DNA of 64,000 nucleotides from Podarcis filfolensis (taxonomy: Eukaryota), in the NCBI GenBank assembly GCA_964270895.1, contig OZ185453.1, one strand, 5' to 3'. The position numbers and the translations under genes are program-made. Position 1 is the first letter of the stretch. Each line of letters begins with the position of its first letter. A model generated the notes under the pieces. The model was given only the letters and a program-made list of their open reading frames with translations, was not told the origin of the DNA and made no database searches. Shown one piece after another: positions 24,641-37,194 of this stretch.

Positions 24641-25023
24641 GATCTGCGGAACTTGCAGAAGAAACTCTCCCACAGGCCATAGTAATCTACTGGGTATATG
24701 ACAGATAAGGTGGTTTCTTGAGGAATAAAAAGACATTACCAACACCCATCTAGTCTCTGGTCTCCCTAGGTTTGTGCAGTGGCTAGAAACTGATAAACTG
24801 TTTAGGAAGGCATTCCAGAACTACTGTAGATGCCACTGAACCCCACCTGAGGGAGGCACCCAGAGAAGGGTCTCTGGTGAAGATCTCAAGGACCAGGTAG
24901 GTACAGGCAGCAAGTGTCAGTCCTCCACGATCCCAAGTCATGAAGGCTGAAAGGTCAAAAACAGTACTCTGAATTAAGCCTGGAAATATACTGAAAGCCA
25001 GTAAAAAATAATAATGGGAAATT

Positions 25024-26114
25024 CTCTTCTTTCTTCTGTGGCAATCACTTGTGGCCAAGTAAGATTGTCATCCATGAACATGGTCTTAACAGTGTGTCTG
25101 TAAGTGACTGTGGAGGCCAATTCTGGATCCACACATCCTTCCACAGTGGGGACATAGGTTTCCGGGGATGATCACAGTGAGGGTTTGCCAAACGTGCCTT
25201 CCTTTTGGCACATTTCTCCCTTTCGTCCTGAGTTCGAGCATCTTCAAAGTCCATGACACCTTTGGTAAAGGCTGTTCTCCAACTGGAGCACTCACAGGCC
25301 TGATCTTCAAGTTTCTTGAAGTGCTGCAATACTGATGTTAAAACGTCACAGGTCTCTTGCAATGATGGCAGTCCTGCGTTCGGGGTGCTCATTATCTGTG
25401 TTATCCAATGTTCCGTATAATCCACGTTCCAAAGTTCAATTGTCTTTTACGACTGCTGGGTGGTGACCCCACTGGGCGTGGTAATCCAGTCAGGGGAAAA
25501 CAGAGGAAGTCTATGTTTAGGGAACCATTTCTAGCCCCTCCCCCTTTCGGGGTGAGCAGAGTGGATCCTAAATAGGACTGCTCGGTCAAGGGTACAGCTG
25601 CCGAGCTACTCAACTGCCTCATTCCTTGAGTCAGATCGACTGAATCTGTATCTATATGCCAGTTCATGACTAGGGGCTTCCAGATTTCACAGTCCTGCCC
25701 CCGTTATCATTTGCCGATCACCATGGGACTTTTTGGGTTTGGGTTTGAGATGGGTTTTTGGAAGACGCCTGTGCGTGAATTTATTTTATGTGTGTAGATC
25801 AGTGCACGCTGACCAGCGCACAGTCTTTGCAGTAAGGCTTTATTCTGATGCCGTGAGTATCACGATGACTGGTAGATTCTTATCTGCTACAGCCTTTATC
25901 CGCCTTCACAGCCGTTGTAACATACTGCTTGTTATCTTCCGCCTGTTCTGCCATTGAGGACTTTTTGGATCATTCTTTGTCTAGCTCCTCCCCTTTGACC
26001 TTACCGCCTTGGGTGACCCTGCTGGGAGTATGAGGCTCCCGACGACTTCGCTCACAGGCCTCATAGGAACATGCAAGCCCACTCACCACGACAAGGTGGT
26101 GATCCAGCGCGTGA
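25024..26114 (-). mobile_element. Internally deleted (bipartite) RTE-clade retroposon with 11-bp TSD
   Basis: RTE-type 5' motif ccttgtcgtggtgagtgggcttgc (26073-26096, minus). Degenerate APE start FGTW..R...DNEHPERRTAIIARDL*RFNISIAALQET joined at about 25305 to the C-terminus SSWRTAFTKG...CPHCGRMCGSRIGLHSHLQTHC*. GAA-type tail; TSD aatgggaaatt at 25013-25023 and 26115-26125. Confidence 0.85.
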
Positions 26115-26187
26115 AATGGGAAATTATAGGCTTGGTGGCTTAATTTTTATCTCTGAGGTTATAATAATAAATGGTAAAACAAATAAG

Positions 26188-26188
<1 letters not shown>

Positions 26189-26227
<39 letters not shown>
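26189..26227. repeat. (AT)n microsatellite
   Basis: Direct read. Confidence 0.95.
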
Positions 26228-26230
<3 letters not shown>

Positions 26231-27571
26231 ATACAGGATAATTACTAGGAGTCAACATAGGTTTTTATGAGGAACAAATTATGCCAAAGCCACCCAAATT
26301 CCCCCTTTTGATGGTTGCAAAGTAACACCCAAATCTTAGTAAATAACCGATCCCAGTAATTAAAGAGATTAGTAGATAATGCATCTCTGGTCCAGTTCTC
26401 ACATTACACCCTCCACGTGGCAATGGATGGAAACATTGCTGCATGACCTCAGCTCCATGGGGAGACCATCATCAGGGTGGTATATATGCAGAAATGCAAA
26501 TTTTGAATTTGGTGCACGTGATTCTGTTTCCTGGACGGAGCAAGCTTCTGGCCCCTATTAAAGGATATGCTTGATAGTAACTGGGCTAAGACCAGAGGAG
26601 AGGGCTTCAGCATGTGCACCTTGCCCTATGGTTAGCAGAAGCAAACATAAATACAGTTCAAATAGTAAAAATTACAAATGAATTACTCGGTGAGGAGAAG
26701 CTATGTGACTTTGCATAATTTAATAGGGTCACAGAATTCAGTCTCCCTCTGCCTTTGGCAAAGAATTCCCATTGTCTGGGTGCAGAATTTCATTACTTTT
26801 AAAGCACAGACAATCCTGCCCGTTACATGCAAGAATCACCCACTATGAGGGTCACCCATCAATTGGAAAGCTTGCACAGCAGTGTTGAAAGTGGCAGACG
26901 GGGGTATGGAGCTTGGCAAAGTGATCCACACTCCGGAAGGGGCTCTCAAACATCAAGGCCATCCCATAGAGCCAATGACACATGGAAGCGATTCTAGAAC
27001 TTTCACAGAAATCTGTCCTGGATTCATGCCTGGTTCAGTTTTGAACAGCAAGTATGCTCTGCTCCTATAAACCTCCCGTAAGTGCAGTAAAATTGCAACT
27101 GAGCTTAAGAAATTGGTGCACTGGACTGAACAATAAATCTGAATGGCTGACAGGTAACCAGTGAGTCAAGGCAAGGCAATTATACCAGGCACCTGGTGAC
27201 CCATTCAAATATTTTATCATGATGTGAGTTAAATTGCACCCACTTTCATTCACAAAAAAGAAAGAAAAATGTCTCCATAGTTGCATGCAAGAGAGAGATT
27301 TCATCAGTGCAGTACCCCAGCCAAAAACTACTCAGATCACACATGAAAGTAGTTAGTACGTGCCGCAGAATTTACTTCTGCCTTCTGGCTCACATGTCTA
27401 GATTGTGCCCTGGGGCTGATGGGAGCTGGAGTCGCAAACTTCTGGAAGGCACCAGGATGGCTAACCCTGGTGTACAGAAAAGACAGTTTCTCCTCCCCAA
27501 CTGTACACAAGCTTGAGGGGGACATACCACAAGAATCTGGGGATAGAGGCACTGTGAGAAATAGGATGCTA

Positions 27572-27928
27572 AAGGTAAAGGGTAAAGGGACCCCTGACCA
27601 TTAGGTCCAGTCATGACCGACTCTGGGGTTGCGGCGCTCATCTTGCTTTATTGGCCAAGGGAGCCGGCATACAGCTTCCGGGTCATGTGGCCAGCAAGAC
27701 TAAGCCGCTTCTGGTGAACCAGAGCAGCGCACAGAGATGTCGTTTACCTTCCCGCCGGAGTGGTACCTATTTATCTACTTGCACTCTGATGTGCTTTCGA
27801 ACTGCTAGGTTGGCAGGAGCAGGGACCGAGCAACGGGAGCTCACCCCGTCACGGGGATTCAAACCGCCGACCTTCTGATCGGCAAGTCCTAGGCTCTGTG
27901 GTTTAACCCACAGCGCCACCCGCGTCCC
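27572..27928 (-). mobile_element. Sauria SINE (Squam1), full length, 12-bp TSD
   Basis: Minus strand begins gggacgcgggtggcgctgtgggttaaaccacagagcctaggacttgccgatc and ends ggggtccctttacc. TSD aataggatgcta at 27560-27571 and 27929-27940. Confidence 0.95.
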
Positions 27929-27944
27929 AATAGGATGCTAGACC

Positions 27945-28432
27945 ACTATTATAAAACTTTGTACACCACCCTATACACACCGGTCTCAGGGTGGTTCAAA
28001 ACATAAATTCACAATATAAAAACAAAATACATAAAAATAAAAACAACAACCCAACAATCCCCCTCTACCCAACACGTTTTAAAATGGCATTGGATGTCAG
28101 TCAGCCAAAGCCTGGTTGAACAGGAACGTTTTCACCTGGCACCTAAAAATATATAATGAGGGCGCCTGGCAAACCTCCCTGGAGAGAGCATTTCACAAAC
28201 GNNNNNNNNNNNNNNNNNNNNNNNNNNNNNNNNNNNNNNNNNNNNNNNNNNNNNNNNNNNNNNNNNNNNNNNNNNNNNNNNNNNNNNNNNNNNNNNNNNN
28301 NNNNNNNNNNNNNNNNNNNNNNNNNNNNNNNNNNNNNNNNTGGCTGGGTTTCCCTAGCCACTCTGGGCAGCTCCCAACAGAACATTAAAAACACGATAAA
28401 AGATCAAACATTAAAAACTTCCCTAAACAGGG
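27945..28432 (-). mobile_element. L2 3' fragments on both sides of the gap (approximate)
   Basis: L2-type sequence at 28100-28200, and tggctgggtttccctagccactctgggcagctcccaacag...cattaaaaacttccctaaacaggg. Confidence 0.75.
28202..28340. other. Assembly gap (139 N)
   Basis: Run of N. Confidence 1.
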
Positions 28433-29197
28433 AAGCGATAAAGGAAAACTTAATAAAGATGTTTTACAGATGGTATTTAACACCAACCAAAATATGTAAA
28501 ATGTATAAAACAAAATCAAACCTGTGCTGGAGATGTAACCAAGTAGAGGGGACGCTTATACATATGTGGTGGACATGTGATAAAATCAAAGGCTTCTGGG
28601 ATATGGTATATGAGGAGTTAAAGAAAGTGTTCAAACAAAATTTTAAGAAGAAAACAGAAGCATTTTTATTGGGAATATTAGATACGGATATTGGAAAAGA
28701 AAATATTCCTTTACGCCACAGGAGCCGTGGGAACATTAATTGCCAAAAGCTGGAAAAAAGAATTAATACCGACAATAACAGAATGGCAAGACAAATTATT
28801 TGATTATATTGAACTGGCTAGATTAACAGAGGATATTAGGGGTCAGTCCAAGCAAAAAATTCAAAAAGAATGGGAAAAATACAGAGAATATCTTAAAAAG
28901 CAGTGCCCTCAAATTAATACTTTGACTTGTTTCAATTAACTTCTGCAAAATGAATTATAGGATAAATAAGATGGAAACAGTTTACCAAAAATGAAAACAG
29001 AACCGTGCTGAGGATGAGGGAAGACAATGGAAAGGGGGGGAAAGAACTGAAATATGGGGGGGGGGTGTATTCTGATTTTTTTTGTATTTGTATTTTTTAG
29101 TTTTCAATTTTTGGTTTTTTTTTTCTTTTGATTTGTTTATGTATAAATGTGTGTGTTTATGTTGCAAAATTTAATTTTAATTTTTTTAAAAAAAAAA
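28433..29197 (+). mobile_element. 5'-truncated L1 (ORF2 Cys-rich C-terminus with a frameshift) nested in an L2 tail
   Basis: KMFYRWYLTPTK...CWRCNQVEGTLIHMWWTC...FW then LIAKSWK...PTITEWQDKLFDYIELARLT...EWEKYREYL; stop at 28939; A10 tail. TSD ttccctaaa(c/t)aggg at 28419-28432 and 29198-29211. Confidence 0.9.
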
Positions 29198-29800
29198 TTC
29201 CCTAAATAGGGCTAATTTCAGATGTCTTCTAAAAGTCAGATAGTTGTTTATTTCCTTGACATCTGATGGGAGGGTGTTCGCCAGGGCAGGAGCCACTACG
29301 GAGAAGGCCCTCTGCCTGGTTCCCTATAACCTCACTTCTCACATTGAGGGAACCACCAGAAGGCCCTCGGAGCTGGACCTTAGTGTCCAGGCTGAACGAT
29401 GGGGGTGGAGACGCTCCTTCAGGTATGCAGGGCCAAGGCCATTTAGGGCTTTAAAAGTCAGCACCAACATGACGTGGCAAAATTGTGCTCGAAAGCGTAC
29501 TGTTCTCATGTTGTCCCCCTCTGGACCCTCTTGCGAAGGAGACACACGAAGAAGGGCCTCAGAAGATTATCTCAGGGTTGGGGTAGGTTCATATGGAAAG
29601 AGGCGGTCCTTGTGGTCTTGCGATTCTGAGCCATTTAAGGCTTTATAGGTCAAAGCCAGCCCTATGAATTGGGCCTGGAAACTAATTGGTAGCCAGCGCA
29701 GTCTGACCAGAGTTGATGCCATATGCTTAAACTGTCTTGCCCCATTGAGCAACCTGGCCGCTGAATTCTGCACTAGCTGAAGTTTCTGAACTGTCTAAAG
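29198..29800 (-). mobile_element. L2 fragments, apparently two overlapping copies (approximate)
   Basis: ORFs 29339-29545(-) VLTFKALNGLGPAYLKERL and 29567-29773(-) QNSAARLL...LRWLPI...LTYKALNG. Confidence 0.85.
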
Positions 29801-29862
29801 ACTAAATAGACTTTTGATCTCACCCAGCCAGGCTCTTTTTGATGGGCTTAACCTACCCATGA

Positions 29863-30205
29863 GGGATGCGGGTGGCGCTGTGGGTTAAACCACAGAGCCT
29901 AGGACTTGCCGATCAAAAGGCTGGCGGTTTGAATCCTTGCGACGGGGTGAGCTCCTGTTGCTCGGTCCCTGCTCCTGCCCACCTAGCAATTTGAAAGCAC
30001 CAAGTGCAAGTAGATAAATAGGTACCGCTCTGGCAGGAAGGTAAACGGCATTTCCGTGCGCTGCTCTGGTTTGCCAGAAGCGGCATAGTCATGCTGGCCA
30101 CATGACCCGGAAGCTGTATGCCGGCTCCCTTGGCCAATAAAGCGAGATGAGCGCCGCAACCCCAGAGTCGGCCACGACTCTGGTCAGGGGTCCCTTTACC
30201 TTTAC
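29863..30205 (+). mobile_element. Sauria SINE (Squam1), near full length
   Basis: gggatgcgggtggcgctgtgggttaaaccacagagcc...ggtcaggggtccctttacctttac. Probable TSD cctacccat at 29852-29860 and 30206-30214. Confidence 0.95.
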
Positions 30206-30854
30206 CCTACCCATACCTTAGTAATATACTGAAATTAAGCAAAAGCATTGGAACAAAGTGAGGTATCTAGCTAGGCACTAGTAACGAGGAAAGGGTTACA
30301 TTGGTTTGCAAGCAGGAGACTGAAGTATGGTTCCATTGCAAAGAAGCAGTTCATCCTCCTGCCACACACGATAGCAGAAGCACTGAATGAAAGACGCAGG
30401 GAGTGACAACATCGCTCCAACTTGGCAGCAAGACTGAGCTCAGCTGGAGTACTATGTCTGGCAGAGGCCCGTGATTTAAGGAGCACTGTTAAATACAACT
30501 CGGTTCAAGAGAAAGATCTAATCCATATGGCACAATCCCTACAAGGAAGTTCTCTTGCACAAGCCCCACTGGAATGAGACGGGAGGTATGCAAGCACACA
30601 GGAATGCTCTTGCCCAACTCCTGTTCACTGTTTCTTGCACAAGTCTTATTCCCCTTACCCAGTGGACCGCATCCCTGTTCAATATTGGGAGACAAGTCCT
30701 GTTCCGTTAAAAGGAAGCTTGCACAAGAAAACGTTCAGGTGAGTTGCGCTCTCCAGGCTCATGCAGGGAAGGGCAAGTGCCACTTGGTTTTTCCAGCTCA
30801 GGTGCCAAAAAATACTGTGTTGTCAATTGTTGGTGCTTGGATCCTCATACAAAC

Positions 30855-31050
30855 ATAAGAACAGCCTGTTGGATTAGACCAATAGCCTATCTAGTCCAGC
30901 ATCCAGCGGCCAACCAGATGGCTGTGGGAAACCCACAAATAGCATTCAAGCACAAGAGCACTCTTCCCTCTTGTGGTTTCCAGCAACTGGTATTCAGAAG
31001 CATTGGAGGCAGAAGATTAGCCATCATGGCTATGTGGAGGCAGAACACAG
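30855..31050 (-). mobile_element. CR1-type 3' end (approximate)
   Basis: aacataagaacagcctgttggattagaccaatagcctatctagtccagcatcc. Confidence 0.65.
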
Positions 31051-31077
31051 CCATCGATAACCCTCTCCTCCATCAGC

Positions 31078-31290
31078 AGTGTTTGAAATTAGCCAGGCGC
31101 CAGGCGCATTTTGGCTATTGACCACTTTCGACCAAGTAAAGATGTCTGGGCACCAGGATGGAGGTGAATGCCTGCAGATCATTGGATCTGGACTGTTTTC
31201 ACACACTAATACCCCACCCTATAGAATTCTATCAGTTATATTTTATCTGCACCATCAGAATGAATTTCAGGAGCCAAAATGCTCTTTCTG
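31078..31290 (-). repeat. Old dispersed repeat, same family as 51900-52210 and 17750-18130 (approximate)
   Basis: Reverse complement ctgatggtgcagataaaat...atagaattcta...agtgtgtgaa.acag...agatccaa aligns with 51980-52080. Confidence 0.7.
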
Positions 31291-34279
31291 TGCGGCCTGA
31301 GCAGGAGCAGTCACCATTAAGAAAAAGAGGTTGGAATAGGCCAATATGTGGACTGTCACTATATAAGGTGACTGTTCTTTAAGTTCTCAAAGCTCTTAAC
31401 CTAGCTCAAGGTTGTCATATGAACTAACCAGATGTTTAACTGAGAATCAGTCACAGTCAGTACATCATTTGAAAAATAAGACTTTAGAGCCGTCTTGCCC
31501 CAAAATGGCAACTATACATTCCATTTTGGTGTCTGGAACCTTGGTTTAAGGAGTCATTTGGTGCCTAGCTTATATATCTGAGTTTCTAACACTGCCTCCA
31601 TAAAATTGTCTAATCCATCTTTTAATGCCATCACTGTCTCCTGAGTCAGGGAGTTCCATAGTGTAATAGTAGATATTTTTAAAGATACAAACAAATTGAG
31701 CTAATTCAGACAAGGGAGAGAGGGAAAGCAAGAAATAAAAACTGATATTATGAAAACCAAAGCATTTTTTTTTTGAAGGGGAGAAAATTAAGAGAGGACA
31801 TGCGAGCCATTTTCAAACATCTAAAAAGCTGCCAAAAAAACCAGAAGAACAATTGCCTCCAAGGCCCACTGATGGAAGGACAAGAAGTAACTTGCTCCAA
31901 GTTGCAGTCCCTCAGATTAAAGCTGGGCCACAGGAAGAAAAACTGGTACCTTTAACAACTGGGCAATGGAACAAGCTGCTGAAGAAAGTTGCCCAGTCGT
32001 GTCTGCCTCGGTTTGATGGGAGGAATTTTCGTAAGAGACACGAAGAACATCTACCTAAAGGGACGGTTTTAAGTCAATAGTCAGCCAAATTAGATTAATC
32101 TCAACAATGCATTCCAACTCTTGTAATTTCCCCAATTCTATGCACTAAGATCCAAAGACAGGGGGATTTTGCAGATGGAACAGTACAGCTAAGCCTCTGA
32201 ATGGCAAGCGTGAATTGGCTGTCTTGCACAGAGGAGAGATGAGGAATGGAGCAGGGCATGTAATTGTATATTCTGCATTGCTGCATTTCAGGCTGCAATC
32301 TTACGCACACAGGCCTAGTTCACACAAACAGATTAGGTTGTTAAGCGGTTCCCAGACTGTATAAATTATGCAAATTCAAAGAGTTGAAAATGGGGGGGGG
32401 GAGAGGGAGAGGGAGAGAAAGAGGCATCGCTTCCCACGCTGTACATATAATTTATTTTGTCCCCCCATTACCTTTGGCTCAAACAGACTTTGCAGGGTTC
32501 TGAAACAATACTAAAACCCATTTCCTGCTGCTGAAAGTGGGATATGCCTGTATGCAACACAAGCCATCATCTCTCTTCAAACCACCTTCTACTCTCCAGA
32601 TTAATATTACATCTTGTCTACCTGGTGTTATACCCGACACTTCCTGCAAAAAGCTCAAAGCAGCTGACATATGGTTCCGAGAGTCTTCCACTGACAGGTC
32701 CAGACCCTCTAAGCTTCAGCAGTAGACAAGGAAAACTGTTCAAAGCTGGAGCATAGCAAATCTCTCACGACGAAGAACAATAATGCTCTGGAATAAGTAC
32801 TCTATTTTGCAATCTGCAATCCCAACACTGAGAACTGCCTGTCGAGACCAGACAAAGGATGTAACGGCTTTATTTCTTCCAATTCTCAGCTGAGTGGTGA
32901 GAGAAGGACTCCAACAGCCCCCAAAGTCCTGACCAAAAAAAGCATAGTAGGAAATCCAACTTTACCTTGGACTAACAAGTCCACATCTGTGCGGATTCCA
33001 CTGAATTGGAAAAACCGTAGTGAAAGGAAAATTAAACCATTCCTTGCCCAGAACCCCACATACTTAAGAGAAACGTCCTGGACCAGCCCAGCCAAGGGGA
33101 GCAGATTAGCTGAAACTGAAGAGAGCTTTTGACAAGTTTCATGTTTTGACTCGTGTTTCTAGAGGGGTTGTTCTTTCTGTCAGGCTGGGCAGAACCGCCA
33201 AGGCAAAGAGGGAAGGGGGAATTCCAGCAAGCTGCAGTTGCAAGTAACCCAGTTTCCTATATCCATTTGCTTTCTCTGTGTGTGTGTCAGCAGAAAGGGA
33301 ATTGCAAGGAAAAGCAGTAATGATGGGGGGACGTGGGGGGGGGGGCTGGATAGAGAGAATAGTCTCCTCTTCTCAATACAGGTGCACTTGTGGGTAGCCT
33401 GTATGCAAGCTAGCAAAAACCCAGTGCATGTGCGAATGTCCTTCCTCCCCAAGAGTTTAAGGGCAATTGCATCTTAATTTATTAATTCTTTTTAAAGTGT
33501 GCAGCCTTACATTTCCTACGAAAAGCCAAGGCGAGGTGGCAGACTTGTCGCAAACCCTCCCATTCTCCTGCAGCCTATATGTACAAAGGGCAGTCTGCAA
33601 AGAGCCTTCCTTACCGGTACCTCTAAGCCTCCACTGCTTTCCCCGTTCCTTCCCAAGGCCCTTCTGTAAGGGAAACTAAATCTTCTGCCTTGCACACAAA
33701 GGAATACGCATGTTTAAACTATTCAATATTTATCCAAGAGGATGCAATTTCCACTCCACTTACAGATTTACTGTTGGGGGGCGGCTGGGGGGAGGGAAGC
33801 AAGGCATGGCTCAACAGATGCTCTTCATAAAGCTTTCTAGCTACAGAAATGCACCCGGCAACAATAAGCAAACCCAGCAGAAAAAAGGGGTTGCTGCCTG
33901 TGTGTTGTGTGTGTGAAGCAGCCACTAGCCAGCTGTGCGGCGGTTTGAAATCATGACCTGATTTTTCAATTATGCCTCCACTCCTCCTTTATCCATCTGA
34001 CACAAGAAAGGGGGGAGATCTGCAGGAAGGGAAGGGAAGGGGGGCAGGACACCAGCGGTGGGCCCAAGCCCTAGTGACACACTTCCAGTTTCTCTAAGAC
34101 AGGGAAACCCAGCAGTTTGCCATGCACCTCTGCCCAGGAAAAAAAATTAAGGACCAACCTGGCTCTCACAACGAGGATGCATTGAGTTGTGATGCTGATA
34201 AGATCCGGGAAAGGCTCTCCTTCGGTTGCTTTCCTCTTCTTTCTTTCTTTTTGCAGTTCCAAGACCGATGTAGTTATTT

Positions 34280-35110
34280 GTTTATTTCCCGCGGGATCCC
34301 CGGGAAGGGCTCCATGTCCATTCAGCGCAGCCTTTGCACAGACACTCCTCGAGCAGCAAGCATACCAGCCCGGGCAGCCTGTTGTCTGCGCTCCAGAAGC
34401 AGACAGACCTCGGGGAGAGTTTGCATAGCTCCCCTTCCTCTCTTCCCGGGAAGGTCTTCTCTTCTCCTTCCGCCTCCTTCTCGGGATCTTTCGCCTGGGA
34501 TCTTGCAGCTAAGATCCTTTTTTTTTTTTTTACTAAGAGATCTCCTCCTTGCAAAAGCAGGTCTCTTGTGCGCTTCTTCTTGGGACTTCTCGCGCGCGCG
34601 CTCCCCTTGCAAAAAAAAGGGGGGGCCTCGCGCAGCAGATCGGAGCTGGGTTGGGGGGCGGGTAGGCAAGGGAAAAGGGGGGGCTCGCTTCTCCTCCGCA
34701 GCCTGTCTTGTGGGGGGAGCTGCAGGCTCCGTGTTTGATCGCCGCCTCCTTCCCCCCCCTCCCCAGCGCCCCACTCCAAGCAGACGCCGGCGAGGGCAGT
34801 TGCTGTATTTCCCCCTCGCTTTGCACCGGCTCCGGCGGCCCCAAGCAGAGCAGCCGCGCGTACGGGAGGCGGAGCTGCACGCCGAGGCCCTGCCTTCCCC
34901 CGCTCCCCGCCAGCAGTGGGCTTAGGAGGACTCCAGAGATCATCCAGCCCACCCCCTCCCGCTGGAGAAAAACGCTCCTTGCGCCGAAGCTCGCCAGTGC
35001 TGCATTTCGAAAGAGAGAGAGGTGCTGGGACTTAAACCTGCCCGGCAGAAAAGGACATGCCACCCATCAGAACATGCTGCACTTTAGCCCGGCATCGAAA
35101 CGCTTTTTCT
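34280..35110. promoter_or_regulatory. CpG-island-like region, probable promoter/first exon of an unidentified gene (approximate ends)
   Basis: Sharp local rise in GC and CpG (cgcgcgcgcg, ccgccgg, gcgccgaag) against a CpG-depleted background; no TE hallmarks seen. Confidence 0.65.
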
Positions 35111-35458
35111 CTCACTCTCTCAGCCACAATACATTCCTAGTCTTGCAGTGTAGTCATGGTCTGCCTTACAGAGGCTCTGCAGATAGAAAAAGCTCTGAAC
35201 ATCTGTACACTGGTTAATATTAATAGTTCGGTGGGGAGGCAAAACACCTTCTGCCCATGCCCAGAGACAATCTCTTTAGTGGCAAAGCTTTCAGACATTT
35301 TTTAAAAAACTGTTAGGGGATTCCTCACGTGCCTTTAACCCAAGTTAGCCGTGTCGTATATTGAATGTTGACATATTACCACAACCTCAGTAAAGTTTCC
35401 ATATTTGCAATACTAAAGGAAGAGGAAGATAGCCTTGCAATTTAATTTAAAAGCTGCC

Positions 35459-35732
35459 ATGGGGCATAGTGGGGGTAGGGGGGCAGGGGGCAATTTCCCC
35501 TCCCCAAATCAATCAATAAAAATACTAAATTAAAAGTAGAAATTGTAGAAAGATTTTGACAGATTTTCTGAGCACTTGGCATCAAAAGCAAGTAATTTAA
35601 TACAACTGTTGTTGAGACATTTCGTTCGGAATCTGCTAGATTGAGCCAGACAGAGGATGATGACCCCCCTCCATAAATCCTGGCTACCTGCCCCCCTCCC
35701 CAACAACAACATAAATCCTGGCTACGCCCATG
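35459..35732. mobile_element. hAT-type MITE with 8-bp TSD
   Basis: Flanking aagctgcc at 35451-35458 and 35733-35740; degenerate TIR (atggggcatag / ctacgcccatg). Confidence 0.7.
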
Positions 35733-36659
35733 AAGCTGCCATTTCTTTCTGGAAGAAAAGCAGCCATTAATATTTTGCTGTGTATTCCATAATGCTGAAA
35801 CACACCAGAAGCAAAATCTCCTGAAAATATGAATTTGCAACTAATTCAATTTGCATAGCTAAAGCGTCAGTGGGTTGATCTATGGATTAAACCTTGTGTT
35901 AGGGAGAAGGGATTGTGTGAGTTTTTCCTTTTCTGAGCTGTGATCAGACACCTCAAGCATACCTTTATACACCACTGCAGAAGTTTTGCCTAAAAGGCAA
36001 GTAAAAACAGACCAGGCTCCTGAACCATTAAATATCTGTGTAGAAGTGGCAATTCCAGCATTTGCATTATGACAAGGTGTACTTGCTGAAATTATATCTT
36101 CTACACTGCTAACAGTGGTGAAGGAGCCTTGTCCTCTTTTGCACCTGGCAACCCTACTGATATTCCTCACACAAGAAAATTAAAACTGCAACTTCATTAA
36201 AAAGGTACTTTTCCATGCAACTTAGAAACCAGATACTTTTTTTCATTTTCAACCCACAAATCAGCACGTTGCCCAGTGTATCAAACAAAGATCGTTTCTC
36301 AGAATATGTCAACTGAAGAGTCTCATGTGCTATAATTGCTAGATCTTGTTTGGAAAAACCAAAAATGGGAAGGGAGAAATGACATTCTGCTTGCCAGTGC
36401 ACAAAAGGCAAACATACATAAGGAAATGTGCAAAGGAAGAAAACAGCTGGCAGAAGAGTTGCAGAGGAAGAAACATGGAGGAAGATTTAAATACACACAT
36501 TCACCCTAGGGCAGCTCTGCTCCAAATTACCACCATCCCTACCAGCCAAGAGGTTTGTCCTCAAGTCTAACAAAAGCAGCCATATGGGTTTTGTTATATG
36601 CGTTTTAAGTACATGCAGAGCGTATGCTCCAGGATTAGCTACCAATTGGTTCTACTGCA

Positions 36660-37095
36660 GCAAGGTGTACACATAGTGAGAAAACAGGCAGATGGAGGGG
36701 CTTGACAACCTGGGAAGGCAGCCCATCTAGGAGAAGGAAAACTCTGATCCTAAACTTCTGCTGCTGCCTTGTGAGATTTCTTCGGGAGAAGGAACGGCCA
36801 AGGAGTAAATCCTATACAAATCCAGATTGGACCTAAGATGGTTGGATGGTGCTTTGTACGGCTCCTTCCGGCACTCCTGCAGCCCAGCTGCTGCCAAATC
36901 TGTTTTTGTGCTTTCCTTTGTAGCATGTCAGCAAGGCCAAGAGGGAGGTCTTGTCGTCTGGGCAGCCCAGGACCTCCATACACACTGCCAAGGCTTGTAC
37001 CCTGTTGGAGGTCACCCTGAGTGCTGCTCAGTGGTTTGAGTTCGCCCTCAGAGTCACACTCCATTGCCTCCCGAGATGGGCGGATGCCAACAACT
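36660..37095 (+). mobile_element. Short LINE-derived element (RTE/Vingi-type, unassigned; approximate)
   Basis: 3' end ccattgcctcccgagatgggcggatgccaacaac matches ccattgactctcgagacagacagatgccaacaa at about 49970-50000; ends in a CAA-type tail. Confidence 0.4.
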
Positions 37096-37194
37096 TATTA
37101 AATAGGGACTGCAAGGAGGATGTTGCATAAGGGATTGCATAAGTACGTTTCCCAGTACGTTTCTGAGCACAATTCATAGTGTTGATGCTGACCT

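Noticed and set aside
34122-35217. Several long overlapping ORFs (up to 267 aa) on both strands
   Set aside because: Expected in GC-rich, stop-poor CpG-island DNA; low-complexity translations with no recognisable domain.
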